From contig CM022665.1 of assembly GCA_012295275.1 (NCBI GenBank), forward strand, positions 16,988,001-17,052,000: a DNA stretch of 64,000 bases. Direction: 5' to 3'. Origin of the DNA: Chrysomallon squamiferum (taxonomy: Eukaryota > Animalia > Mollusca). Every line of letters begins with the position of its first letter. Position 1 is the stretch's first letter. Of this stretch, positions 22,565-36,200 are shown piece by piece. Position numbers and translations under genes: made by a program. A model generated the notes under the pieces. The model was not told the origin of the DNA, ran no database searches, and saw nothing but the letters and a program-made list of their open reading frames with translations.

Positions 22565-23693
22565 TTTTTTTTTTTTTTTTTTTTTTTTATATATAAATTG
22601 CTATAAATTCATTTTAAATTGCATGGTCGTCTTGTGGGTTTCATATAATACATCTTGTGTTTTTGTTTTACAGTGTAGTTATACTTCTGTCACGGTTTCA
22701 AGCAACACAGTCCTTTAAACAATAAATCAAAATATTAAATGTATTAACCATGCTAACCCCCCCCCCAAAAAAAAACCCCATTAATACCTAATTTAGCCTT
22801 TTGATAAAATTTATATTTTGTTTTTGTTTTGTTTTGTTTTTTATCATGAAAATTAACATTAAGTTCCTTTAGTATTTTTCTAATCTTCATAATAATATAT
22901 TATGTTTTACATGACAAAACTCATGTTAGAATAATTATATTGGAGCTGCATCATATAAGCATGTACTAGTTAAAAATTTAACCATAAATAATAATAATAA
23001 TAACAATTTTTTATTTATTTATTTATTTATTTATTTATTTTTTTTTTGTTAAATAACAGTCTGTATGTACTAATTTGCCTTTGCTGAAAATCTAGCACCC
23101 TGACAAAGCAGTTCTAAAAATAGAACATTACAGCAACATCGACAGAAATTTTCACCGAATTATTTCATTGATTATTTTTCAGATGTGTTTTTATACGAGT
23201 TAATTTTATACACTGAATACATACATACATACATACGTACATACATAGACATATATATATATATATATATATTTATATACACAAACACATACACACACAC
23301 ACACATTATATACATAATTATTAATTTTTTTTTAGAAAATAGTCTGTAGTACTTACCTTCTTTTTTTTGTCCAGTCTGTTTCTAGAAGATTCAGTTCTTG
23401 TCGTCTGCTTACTATGTTTACGCGCGCGCTTTGTTTATCTCTATGCCGAAGAACATCGGTCCAATTGCGTGTTGTGAGAACCTACGCAAAATCAAGCTGC
23501 GCAGTACAGAATAAAGAAGTTACACGCCATTGATTTTCGACTAGAAACGATTTTGTCAGCTCAAAGATATTAAATATTAAATATGTTCTGAGAGCAATTT
23601 TATAATTATTATCGTAATAATAATAATACTACTACTAATAATAATAATAAAATAATTTTAAAAAATGATTTAAAAAAATGAAAAAAAAATAAA

Positions 23694-23739
<46 letters not shown>

Positions 23740-24126
23740 GAAATCTCCAACAAAAAAAAAAAAAAAAACAACAACGATAAAGCAAAAACAAACTATGGTC
23801 TACTATGGTAATAATACATGTTGACAGCCATTTAACAAATTACAGTGAAAAAGTGTAGTGGCTCATTACGATAACATTGTTTATCGAACACAACAACAAC
23901 AAAAATCTCCTTATTTCTTGTTTCCACTCTTGACAGCACAAAAGAGTAATATTTGGTCCTGTCACACTGTTAATAAAGTGTAAATTCTGCAATTCTATTT
24001 ATATATTATGCAGGTCTATCGATCACTTGCTCTGAGTACTAATATTTAATTACGATCAACAGGAATAGTGTTTATGTATTACAAGTAATGTTTAACCAAT
24101 CTCTTTGGAAAAGTAGGTCAGTGGAC

Positions 24127-24719
24127 TAATGGCATAGCTAGAGGGGGCACAAGGGAGGAGGCACCGCTTCCCCTGAACACATTTTTCAAAATGGCTCATT
24201 TTCAACAATTTATTTGAACTCTTGATTACTAGTGCGATGAAAATTGAATCTTATTTGTTATTTATTTTATCTTATTACCACTGTTATTATTTTTATCGCA
24301 TTGTCTAGTAAGAATTTTCCGAGCTCGTTACCTTATTCCATTAACCTTCCATAGCTTTGAACTGCTCAGTGTTAGGCAAGTATAGATTGTCTGGGATATC
24401 TTTGCTTTCAAAAGAAAGAGAATCGGCGACCGCTGTTGATTACGGTAAATAAACAAATATTGCTTGAATGAAGCGTAGATGAAACAGACTGTTAATGTTT
24501 CCTACATTTCGTTTTGTTTTCATTTTACAGTTAAATTAAAATAAATAAAAGAACACCATTGTTTTGTTTTGTTTCTTTTTTTTTTTTTTCTTTTTCTTTT
24601 TAATGCTTTCAAATACAAGATAAGACTGAATACTGAATATTAAAACTATTCGGTACGAGTCATGGCGCCTTTTAAAATGTTCTTGTTCCTCCTGACTTTA
24701 CAAACTGGCTACGCCCTTG
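24127..24719. mobile_element. hAT-like non-autonomous element (593 bp)
   Basis: Degenerate TIRs TAATGGCATAGCTAG / CTGGCTACGCCCTTG; 8-bp flanks CAGTGGAC and CTGTGGTC (6/8 identical). Confidence 0.55.
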
Positions 24720-26425
24720 CTGTGGTCACAGGTGTGTGACAAGTAAACATCAGGTGGTGTTTTATTATTAGATTATACATATATACTGGTTTTTTCTTAT
24801 AGTAAGTAAGCAATTTATTTATTTTTACGCCTGAACTCTCCATCATTCACTGTGTTTTGAATGATGCAGTGCAAATTTCAGTTACTTTTTAAAACATCTC
24901 GGTACAACTGCGACAATCACGTAACTGTTAAATCGATACTTAGTTCGCTAGTTGAATTTCCTAAACATCAAATCAGAGTTAAAAAATTAAAGTGAGTTGA
25001 ATTACATTTGTCTTTTGTATGATTAAAAACATGTAGGCAGTAATAGATATAGGGTAGATAGGGGTCTCTACGATCAAATATATATGCCTTGGGTTATGTG
25101 TTCTTTTGTTGTGTGCGAATCTGACACGTTTATATGGCTTAAGATTAGAAGATACCTGAATTTTGTTTCTCTGAAATGGTTTAAAAGTACGTAATTGTAA
25201 CTGATTGCTGCATTTATATATAATATATGTGTGCGGGTACCAATAACACTGCCTTATGTAAGATTCGAATGTAAATTCAAGAAATCAACGGTTTATATAT
25301 TATAATTCAAAAAATAAAAAAATAAAAAAAAATTCAGCACGTAGCTTCCAAAATAATTAGTCATGTTATGAAATAACAATGTCTCTTCAATAAATAATAA
25401 ATTACGCATATTTTAACAATTGCATGCAACCAAACCCGTTTGATTTTTTGCTGTCTTTTAATATATTAACTTCTACCAAAAAAAACCAGTGGTTACACAG
25501 AATATCAAAGTAATGTGGTTTGATTCTATCAAACATTAATCTCCTAGACGATACTTATATTCTAAAAATTATATTTTAAGTGTTTTTGTGATGAACTATT
25601 AATACTTTATTATGTGTTTATACCGACACATGTCGCTAATTCTAAATTCGAAGAAATTAGTCACACTAAATCAGCGAGTTAATAATCTGACACATTTTGT
25701 GCCTAAATAATATTTTGGTTCTTCTGTTACGTCATGCATAGTCATACTGTTTATCAGCCATCAGACATTTCGGTCTGGTAAACATTTGTAGACGTTTGTT
25801 TTAAAAGTGTTTCGGTGGTATTTGGGAGCGAACACTTCTTTTCGGATTTCAGATAAAAAAAAAAAAAAAAAAGTAAAAAAGGGTTTAGAAAGTACATTGC
25901 CCCACGTCATGCACTGATTATTTTTCCTAGATATTCGGTAACTTTTAAACTGGTTGGTTAACTTCTGCTTTTACTGGCTTTATAAAAATCAAAGCAGTTG
26001 TTTTTCTTATGAATAGGAGTGTTTATGCAAGATTTCCAACTGTTGTTTGAAAGAATACGCACTCGCGTTTTCTCTCATGCCCTGCAAGGTCCATACGTAC
26101 GATGTTAGAATAACTATGTGTTGAGTGCATCCTTGACGCATTTCTCTTTTCCATTATCTTCACTGGCATATTTTATTACTTTAACAGAAACAGATACGTC
26201 TCCCACTGATATTTAAAATTATACGTGCGTATGCGTGCGTGCGCGCGCATATATTTACACACACACACACACACACTCTCTCTCTCACTCATACATGAAT
26301 TGCGCCTATATTCATATTTATTACGTGAAATTTGGATTTATAATTCGTTAGGCCAGGGCTTTGGAAAACGGTGAATCCAAGACATATGCTGGCACAGTTA
26401 GCTTCCACTCATTAATATCACATAC

Positions 26426-26495
<70 letters not shown>

Positions 26496-26510
26496 AAACT
26501 AAAATATCAG

Positions 26511-26516
26511 TTTATT
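26511..26516 (-). terminator. Candidate NUP133 polyadenylation signal (AATAAA)
   Basis: About 640 nt past the stop, followed by T-rich sequence, near the point where CpG depletion ends. Confidence 0.45.
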
Positions 26517-26568
26517 GAAAGTATTTATTCAACAATGACTGAACAAACATATAAGTAATGAAACAGGT

Positions 26569-26670
26569 ATACTGAAATCAACGCAACTTCAAAATAGATT
26601 TTTATAACCAAGAAAATAGTTATACTGAAATCAACGCAATTTCAAAATAGATCTTTATAACCAAGAAAAT
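26569..26670. repeat. Tandem duplication, 2 x ~53 bp in the NUP133 3' region
   Basis: ATACTGAAATCAACGCAA.TTCAAAATAGAT.TTTATAACCAAGAAAAT occurs twice. Confidence 0.9.
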
Positions 26671-27157
26671 TCTTTTTAAAAATTAGATTCTTTACTTTAC
26701 CATAATTTTGAATGTTATAAAAACATAACATTCACCTACAAACTAGACAGTTGCCTTTCCTTGGAATGTTTTTTTTTGTTTTTGTTATTTTATAACTGCC
26801 TTTTATGTCTCTCTTATAAAATGACTGTCTCTGTTGTCAGTCATTTCAAATTAAGTGGAATTAAAAATACATTTGTTTTACCTCACATTAAAACTCATAT
26901 GCACAGCAATAATGCTGAGCCATCTTTTCTGAAATCCTTGATCCACCGTGTGTGAATATTTTCATTTGTATGTTACCTTAACAGTCTACACCACGAAACA
27001 TTTATTTTACTTAATTTCGCGACAAAAACTGGTGGAAAAGGAAGTGTTTACTTTTTATTTCCACCAATTAGTAAAAATACATTGAATGATCCTAAATTGC
27101 ACTCTTCAGTTAGATTGTGAAGACCATGCTTCAGTTATTTTCATGGTATTCTGTGTT

Positions 27158-27291
27158 TTAAAACATTCTCTGGATGTGTTCATAAGCAGCTTTTATGAGG
27201 TACTGGAAGTTGGAGTTGTTTGATAAACTTACTAGTTCATCTGAAGCCAACAGATCATCAACAGGTGGCAGAATTTCGTGTACATCAACAC
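27158..27291 (-). CDS. NUP133: NUP133 exon 34, terminal
   Basis: LPPVDDLL...[11 protein letters not shown]...*; TAA 27158-27160. Confidence 0.95.
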
Positions 27292-30200
27292 CTGGAAACA
27301 AATATTTAAATAAATTATAGTAACACTTCAAAAACAGATTTGCCAATTATGGATTTTAAATCTCATTTGAATGAATAAGTATTTTTTGTGTTTTTTTGCA
27401 TAATAACACATAAAAGCAGTGACACTGGACATGTTAATAATGCCATATTAAAACAATGTGAATACCCAGTGGGCTATGATTTTTATGGGCTTACTCCTGG
27501 TAAAGACAAAGAGGGACCCTTTGGTGAAGATTAATGACATCATAAATTATAGTCAAGGGGGATCCTTAAGCACAAATTATAGGTTGAGGATCCCTTGTCT
27601 GAAATTCCAAAATCTGAAACTTTGCGAGCAGCTGAATTGGTGATATCCTAAAAATTCGGAAATCTGACAAACTCCCAGTTCTGAGGCCTTTCAGATAATG
27701 CTTTTTCAATCAGTAATAATATTTGGAGCTGTCTCAGTCAATGAGTGAGTCAGTCACTGTGCCGGGTAGCTATTCAGCTGGGTAGCTATTTACTCAACAG
27801 CTGAGTAATGGCAACAATTATTTTGTTTTCACTGATTAGTATATTTTGATTGGGTTTTTGGAGCTGGCCCAAGTGGTCAAAGAAGGTTCATAAAACATAA
27901 TACATATAAAATAAATACATATGTAAGTATATACCGAAACATAAATCATAAGTATTTAGTGACGATTATAAAAATACTTAATGACCAGTTTAAAATGGGA
28001 TCTTCTTTTCCCATCTGGCCTGGAACAGTTACCAGCTTTGAATGGGGCTGTGTCCACAGTGACATAATTAAACATAAATCATATGTATTTAATACTGATT
28101 ATAAAAATACAAAATGAGCAGTTTGGTATGGAGCCTACACTTCCCATTTTGCTTCGGCTGTTTAGCAGCTTTGTATTGGCCTATATCTATTATGACACAT
28201 TTAAACACTGACTTTAGCCTTACCTGCAGCGTATACAAGTTCAGCTGTTTTATACAAAACTGTTTCTTTGTTTGCTTCAACTGGATCACTGGCTGACATA
28301 AAACTCCAGCTGAAAAATAAATATTTCATCAACAGACCTTCTAGAATGAACATGGTCTAAGTAGTTTGTGTGCGTGAAATGCATGTTCATGTCACCTAAT
28401 CTGTATATATGGATGTCCTATATACCATGTATGCATGTATCTGGGGTCTGTGTGTGTATGTGTGTGTCTGTGTGCGTGTTTATTTCAACTGTAAACAGGA
28501 TATAAGTGTTTAAATTAATATTTCTTTAATACAATTTCAATACATTTTGGGTATACATTATTATTATTATTATTATTATAAAAAAAAGGAAAAAAAGGAA
28601 AAAAAGAAACATCCGCAATTTTCTCTTATTAGGCTACTTTTGCAGAATAACAACAAAAAATCTTTTATATGCTCTTTTTCATGGACAGGAAAACATATGT
28701 CACATCATTTGAATAACCAGCAATGGGACATTAACCAAATAGGTTTCAAGGACAATTCGGCTTTGATATAATTATTCTAAAGTGAATTTTGCCACTTAAA
28801 ATAACATTATAAAGAATTAGAGCTTGTCTTTGTTTCTAAATGGATATGTGTATGTGTATTCGTTAATTCATTTTTGCAAATAATAACAATACATGTAATA
28901 AAAATAATAATACTAATAATATATGTATTTAGAGATAAATGCTGCAAAACTTGAACATACAAACTTACAATTTAACAAATATCTTTTTAACATAATTTCA
29001 ATATGAATGTTACACATAATACTAAAATGGTGAGAAATGTTGTTCACTTTATTCAAATGAGGCCCCACAAGAGAATAAAATAAGTAAACAAATAACACGG
29101 TAAATAAAAAAAAAAATAATCGACAGCTATCCTGCACAGACTGGGTCACGCTAACCTTAAATACTGAATGTCAATGGACGATGAGCTCACTCTGCTGGAA
29201 AATCATCTACACTTAGCTACCTTTCTTTACTGACGTGATGAAATAAACAGTGAATTTCTAATTTTACAACACAGCAGATGTCTCAGAACATAGCTATACT
29301 TGGTTAAAAAAAAAAATATATATAAAAAGCTCATTCACTACAGCTTGGTAAACAGGTTTAAAAATTCATAAAACTATTATGAAACTGCTGCTTCACAATA
29401 AAAAAAAAATAAAAAAAAAAGGTGTTGTATTGATATTATTTATATATTCAGATACTACGTAAGAGATAACATTCAAAATTTAAAATGAATAATGCTTGTG
29501 GATAAATGATCCATGGATTTGGCTGGATAGAATTTTTAGCTGCCTTGTTCTGAGTAACAAACAAAGTCACTGTAAACTATTATATGTCATAAACATTACA
29601 GTATTTTTTTTTTTTTTCAACAGACTAAATTTATCACTAATGTGCTTTGCTTTTATTAAAGGATTCTGTTTTAAAATATATTTCAGCAGGGAACACAAAT
29701 AACTGGAGTTAAGTGTTGGGTCAGGATGACAAAAAAAAAAAAAAAAAAAAAACTATTTTCAATTTTTTAATATTTTTTTTAAAATTCTTTTTTTCTTTGG
29801 GGAAGGGAGGTGTTTTCGAAAATAAATGGATTGAATGAAGAAATAAGTGAATAATTGAATGAAGAAAAATGGATGATTGAATGAAGAAATAAATGATCGA
29901 ATGAAGAAAGATTTGATGACTTCACAGAAGCAATAAAACAGAAATATAAAATAAAAATAAGCAAAAAGAACAACTATTTCTATCAATGCTGCTGCGGCTG
30001 TTGCTTTTTCCATTACACTAATATTTTTTTTTTATATTTTATTTTTCAAAAATAATATCAGATTTCATTCATTCATTTTACTGTATTTTTGTATTGAAAA
30101 AAAATTAAAATGTTACTTGTCACGCAAGATGGCTTGAACCCAAATATGAGTTATCAGTTCATTATAAACAGGCTGCTTCTGGAAAAAAAAAAAAAAAAAA

Positions 30201-33200
30201 GATGATGGCAAAGTCAGTTTCATCTAAAAACCACTGAAATAAATTACAAGCTATAAATTACAGTGTTTTTTTATAGTATAACAACATTTATCAATCCTGT
30301 TCAGATTCAGAATGCTATACAGTACAGGTATATTATTATTATTAGCAAAAGATAAAAAACAATACTATCATTTGTAAATATACATTAAACATTTGCATCT
30401 TTTAACAAACAGCTAAAACAAATACTTGATGGAAAATATTCAGTTTATTTTCTCATATTATATGAATACATTAATAAAAAAAACAAATGTACTAATTAAT
30501 ATAATATGTACAGGATGTCTGTCAGTTTTGATATATCTTTGTATGCATGTCTCTGTATATATGCACGTATATTTCCATACACCATCATGATTTAAATGTA
30601 AAATGATACATACTTTGTCAACATAGCGAAGAAGATCAAGGGCAATTTTGAAATGGTATTCATTTGCATTGGCATTTTCATCTCCAACATAGAGCTGGAA
30701 TGAGAAACAAAATCTGTATTAATAACTATTTTGTTTACATTATTATTAAAATGTGTGTGTGTGTGTGTGTGTGTGTTTGTGAGTTTGTGTTTTAGAAAGT
30801 GGCAAAATCCTTTACCTCTATTAATTCTTCTGGTGAAAAAACTCTCATATTATCTGGATTTAACCTGATGTTCTAGAAATAATAAAACAAATTTTAAATA
30901 TAGAACTTCTGAACAAAGATACTTCCTCAGTTATTTAAACACATTCACACACCCACATACTCACATACTTACATACAAAAACTTTTTTGTTAATATAAAA
31001 AAAACAAAAAAAACAACAACATTGGTATATATAAATATATTGCTGTCCTCAAAATTATTAAAATTAATCAATATGGTCTAGTTTAGTAACACAAACATTT
31101 AATAAATTCTATATAAATTTTTAATATGGATCTTTTTATATTTTTGCTTTTATCTCTCCTCCCCCCCTCTCTCTCTCTCTCTCTCTCTCAGAAACACTAA
31201 CGTTCGCTCACACACTCACTGAAACATGCTAATATATACACAAAGATCGACAATAAAGAGAACTATAAATACAAGTATGACAGTTAGCAAACATATTTAT
31301 TAATTAATTGTAAAAATATAGGTAACTAGATCTCCAACAAATGTCTGTAGATTTACCATAAGCACATCTGGAGGAAGAGTCTCATGGTGTAAAATGTAAC
31401 CTAAACCTTCATTTATAGCTGAAAAAAAAAATTAATTAAAAAAACACACAATAATGATAAACATCATTATGTTAAACTGAATTTGCTACATTCATCACAA
31501 AACAGAGGTATTAAAGAAAAGAATAAAATTAAATTAAAATAAAATATTTTTTTTATTTTTTTTGTTTTTATTATTACGCATCTGAAAATTAACATGTGAT
31601 AATATGTGTTTGTAGTTGTATGCAATGTAAAATAATGAAATGAGACACAGGCAGGAACAAAACAGAGGAGAGATCCTGTGACCTCTAGTAATACCAAGTC
31701 ACTGATTTACAACCAGTTTCTAAAAATCAGATAGTAATTTAAAAAAGAGAATCAAAACATGCACAGGTACATAATTGTACACACCACCAGACAGATAGAC
31801 AGATAGACATGTTTTTTTCTCACCTTTCGTATAGTCACTCAAATCTATATAGATATCTTCCACAGCCAGACCAGTGAGTTTGCACATACTGAGTAGAGTC
31901 TGAGAATAAATGAAAGAAATGTAGACATAATGATAACTCTTAACAATTTATTTTTAATAATTATTCGATGACAAATGTTAATTTTTTAAAATAATGATGA
32001 CAAAGAAAATCTTCTGACATTCAATGGATTACTTTCACTGATCAGAAATAAGTGATATTTCACATGCACCTTCTCATTAACATGAAGCAACAAGTAAATT
32101 CTGTGATAAATCATTGAGGGATCCTGGGTAAACAGGAACTACTTCAAACAGAGATTCGGAGATGGACTGATCCAGCAGCACATCATTCTGTATTCCAATC
32201 ACTGAATTGTAATAAATATCTAAGCTAACCCTGAGAAACACCAATATAACATTATGTTTATATGTAATAATGTTAAATACACGTCAAACTGATACACTCA
32301 GACTAGCATTCTATTTACTGAGGTAGTACAAATACCCAAGTTATCTCTGATAAACTTAACATGTTGAATTAGTCTTGTTTAACAACAATAAAATTAATTC
32401 AAAATACAAATGTATTTACATTGTTTGATTCAAAAAAAAAAAAAAAAAAAGAAAATAAAAATAAAAATAAAAATAAAAATTCTCATACAATACAAAAATA
32501 ATCATCTCTGGAAATACAGAAATGTACCATAACATCAATTTAATCACTGGCTAAAATGCAAAACAATCCAATGGGAACATATAAATTAGATATAGGAACC
32601 AATTATGTCTCCAACCAATGCTATACACAACTCCACGTCAGATTTGAAGCAATTTGCAAAAAAAATATTTCACGAAAAAAAATAATAATTTAGATTTGAG
32701 CCAATAGGGGCAGAGTGCTTTATGTGTAGACACATGTTATGTAAGTAAAAATAATGCAACATGTTTTCTCCTCTTTCCATTTGTCATCATTCTGCTCTGT
32801 AATTAGGTCTTTTATGGCAACAAGAAAATCCAACCATCTACTTATCAATAATGTACCATTAAACGTAAAGTTTAAAATAATCACTTACTTTTTTCTTTGA
32901 TAGAAATGTTGTTTCCTCTGACTGTAGTTGAAATAATGTTTCATGTGCCTGCAAAAAAAATAAAAAAAATTGGGGTTGAAACAAAAGTTCAGTCATACAT
33001 GCCTCCTCCCCAACCCCCCAGACACCCCATCACATACACATGCAACTATACACTGAAAAAGAGATATATACAACATGAAGGTAGAGATAATAAGCTAATT
33101 AAAAACACACAGACCGACAAATATTTAATACATACATCCAGATATTTGTGACAATTGATATCATGTAACCAGCTCAGATATTTGTTGTTATCAGACTGAA

Positions 33201-36200
33201 GAAAATCCTGAAGTTCTTCATTTTGTACTCCTGCTTGACATAGCAACCGTCCACGCTTTCCTGTAAAATAATTTAAAAAATTTAAATAAAAACAAAAATT
33301 CCTTTTAAGTGCTGAGGATGTACAAAAAAACAAAAACTTAGATCATCAATATTTTGTATTATTTTATGTGAGAATGATTATTATTATTATTATTGTTGTT
33401 GTTGTTGTTGTTATCATCATCATCATTTATTTATTTATTTATTTTGTAAATTTATTTTTTCTTACATAAATCTAGTCACAGTTTTGAAAACCATCCATCT
33501 CTTATCTATGCATTACTTATGATTCCTGTTTTATTTTTATGTTTTTGTAAATGATATTTTCTTCAAGACAAAATTTAGTTCTCGGTTTTCACAACTGGCA
33601 GTCTATACTGTTAGACAGCTTTACATTATTAATAGATATTTCCATTTATGTCCATAGCTTGTCTGAAGTTTAAAATTTACCAGTACCATTTCATTGTTGT
33701 TACTGTACTGAATAGAGATTCTGGACTAGTCTGAATTATTCTGGGTTTTTATGGGTTTTTTCAATGTTATTAAATTAAAAATACCCATCTGGATCACTAA
33801 AGATAATTTATGTAATAAAATGTAAATACTGATGTTTCAACAGCATGCTGTACAGTACTGCATTAATATAAAGTCATAAAAAAAAAAGAAGACAAAAAAA
33901 TATAAAATAAAATAAAAGCAATAAAATAAATAAATAAATAAACTAAAATAGAAATATATAAAATTTAACTTGTATTAAAAATCCTCCTGCATTAACATAC
34001 AAATGTGAAATATCCACTGAGCAAAACACATCATTTCACTGAAGCTAATAATTGTAAATCTACAACTGAGTTAATATAGGTATTAGTGACATCTATTAAA
34101 TAAGATGAACAAGGAGGTTAATCCAACAATGAAACAACAAAAATATCAGGTTTAACATAATGACATTCAAACTAATCCTAAAACATTTATAAGCTCTACA
34201 CAATTAATTCAATATGACAGTCATTTTCTATCCAAGTCATAATTCAGAATAAAAAAATAAAAAAAAAAGAACTGAAAATAAATAATAATAATAACAAAAT
34301 AATAATAATAATAATATAAAATAATAAAAAAAAAAAAAAAAAAAAAAAAAATATATATATATCAGTATCCAAAAAATTAAATTTGTGTGTGTGTGCACAT
34401 ACATGTATTTTATGAACATGTGAAAACATAATGGACTAGAGTTATGAATAAAACTATTGTCTAATAAATGAAAGATTGCAGGATCAATCTTGCTCAGTGT
34501 ACTGATTATTTCTTGTTCCAGTCAGTGACTTATGATTGACTTGTTAAAGGCAGTGATAGGTGTTTTCCTGTTTTTTGGAAAGGTGTATTCATATAAATAA
34601 TGTTATCACATTGTCAACAAATAAGAATAAGCCATGAAGTTATAAATGCTGGTTTGTGATAATCAGACACGCACACACACACAAACACACACATACTCAG
34701 AAATGTTTTTGTTAAAAATAAAACAAAATATTTTTTTTTTAGAAAACAAACAAAAAAACAATGGTATATATATATATATATTACTGTCCTCAAAATGCTT
34801 AAAATTAATCAGTAAGCTCTAGTTTAGTAACTGGTCATCAAAAAAAAAAAAAAATTTTGTAATGCATAAACGTATAAGCATTTACATATGTGTGTGTGTG
34901 TGTGTGTGTGTGTAAGACGGGTGAATAACCTCACAAAAAAGTCAGGGCACAACAAACTTTACTGTCATTATATCAAAGTGTCCAATTATCTGTAATTGAG
35001 TTTTTTGAACTGACAGAAGAAATAAAATATCAGGAAATAATTTTGTATGTCTCTGTGTGAAAACATTTTACAGTTATTCTATTAACCAGAATGTGTGTGT
35101 GTGTGTGTGTGTTTGTGTGTTTGTGGAACTATAATTGTGCTCACAAAGAGGAAAGGTCATTGGTTACTCAGTTGTGGAGTTCTTGCAGGAATGGGAAATA
35201 GTGAAATTTCACCCTTCAGTTCACCACAACCAGACAAGTGAATTATTTCTATTTCAATTTAATAGTGTAGATTTATTATTTACTGTCAATTGTTTGCTCA
35301 ATAGCTGTTGTCATAAAATTAAAGTGTCTGCTTTCAACAGTTTTTTTTTATTAGGTTTGGTCTCCTGTTTAGAAAGATAGTTTTTAATGTGAAAAATTCT
35401 TAAATCATTGTATTGGTTCTCCAAGAAGAGGACATTAAGAAATTTCTATGGTTTGTGCGTAACATACAAAATGTTTTCTGTAAAAATGCATCTGCACCTT
35501 AAAATGTGTACTCTTTGTAATACCATCTGTATAATACTATCTGTGTAATACTATCTAAAACTATGTAAAATATGTACTTTTAGAGGTACACCATCAATAG
35601 AATAACAAAGAAAACACAGACAACTGCCATTTACTACAGTCCGTAACCTTCTCATGATGATTCTTAGAACAATTAAAAAATATTTCATCATGATTTTCAA
35701 CAAACCAGAAACTGGTTCCAGTAAAAGGTATGTTAGGAAATTAGTCATCTACATCAGATATCATTTTTACTTACTGAATTTATAAAGCATTTTTTAAATA
35801 TACCATGGCACTGAGGTATTGACAAATATTTCTTAATAAATTATAATTTAAACTGCCCAATCATTTAAAAACCATCTATATTACTTTCTTTATTAAGGAA
35901 GATAGCATAATTGGCTGATTAATTTAATGAAAATGAAAATGCACCTACTTCTGCATTTATTCATCAGTAATAAAAATTATGATGACAAATTTGCTATGCT
36001 CTGAAATCGTTTGTTTAACTCTTCAATTTATTCTTAGATGTTTATTATAATAATATATATCAACTGTGCATTTTTTGTTGTATATTCTGTGGTGAAATAA
36101 ATATTTAAAATCATATTGTTTTTGTCTCCGGGCCCATGCAGCCGCAGTTCTTTTGTCTTCTTTTGAATTTTTCATAACCGCAGTTTATCAGAATTCCACT

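Noticed and set aside
32040-32190. Possible intronic C/D snoRNA (ATGATGT...CTGA on the minus strand)
   Set aside because: Imperfect C box, no clear terminal stem, no recognisable rRNA antisense element.
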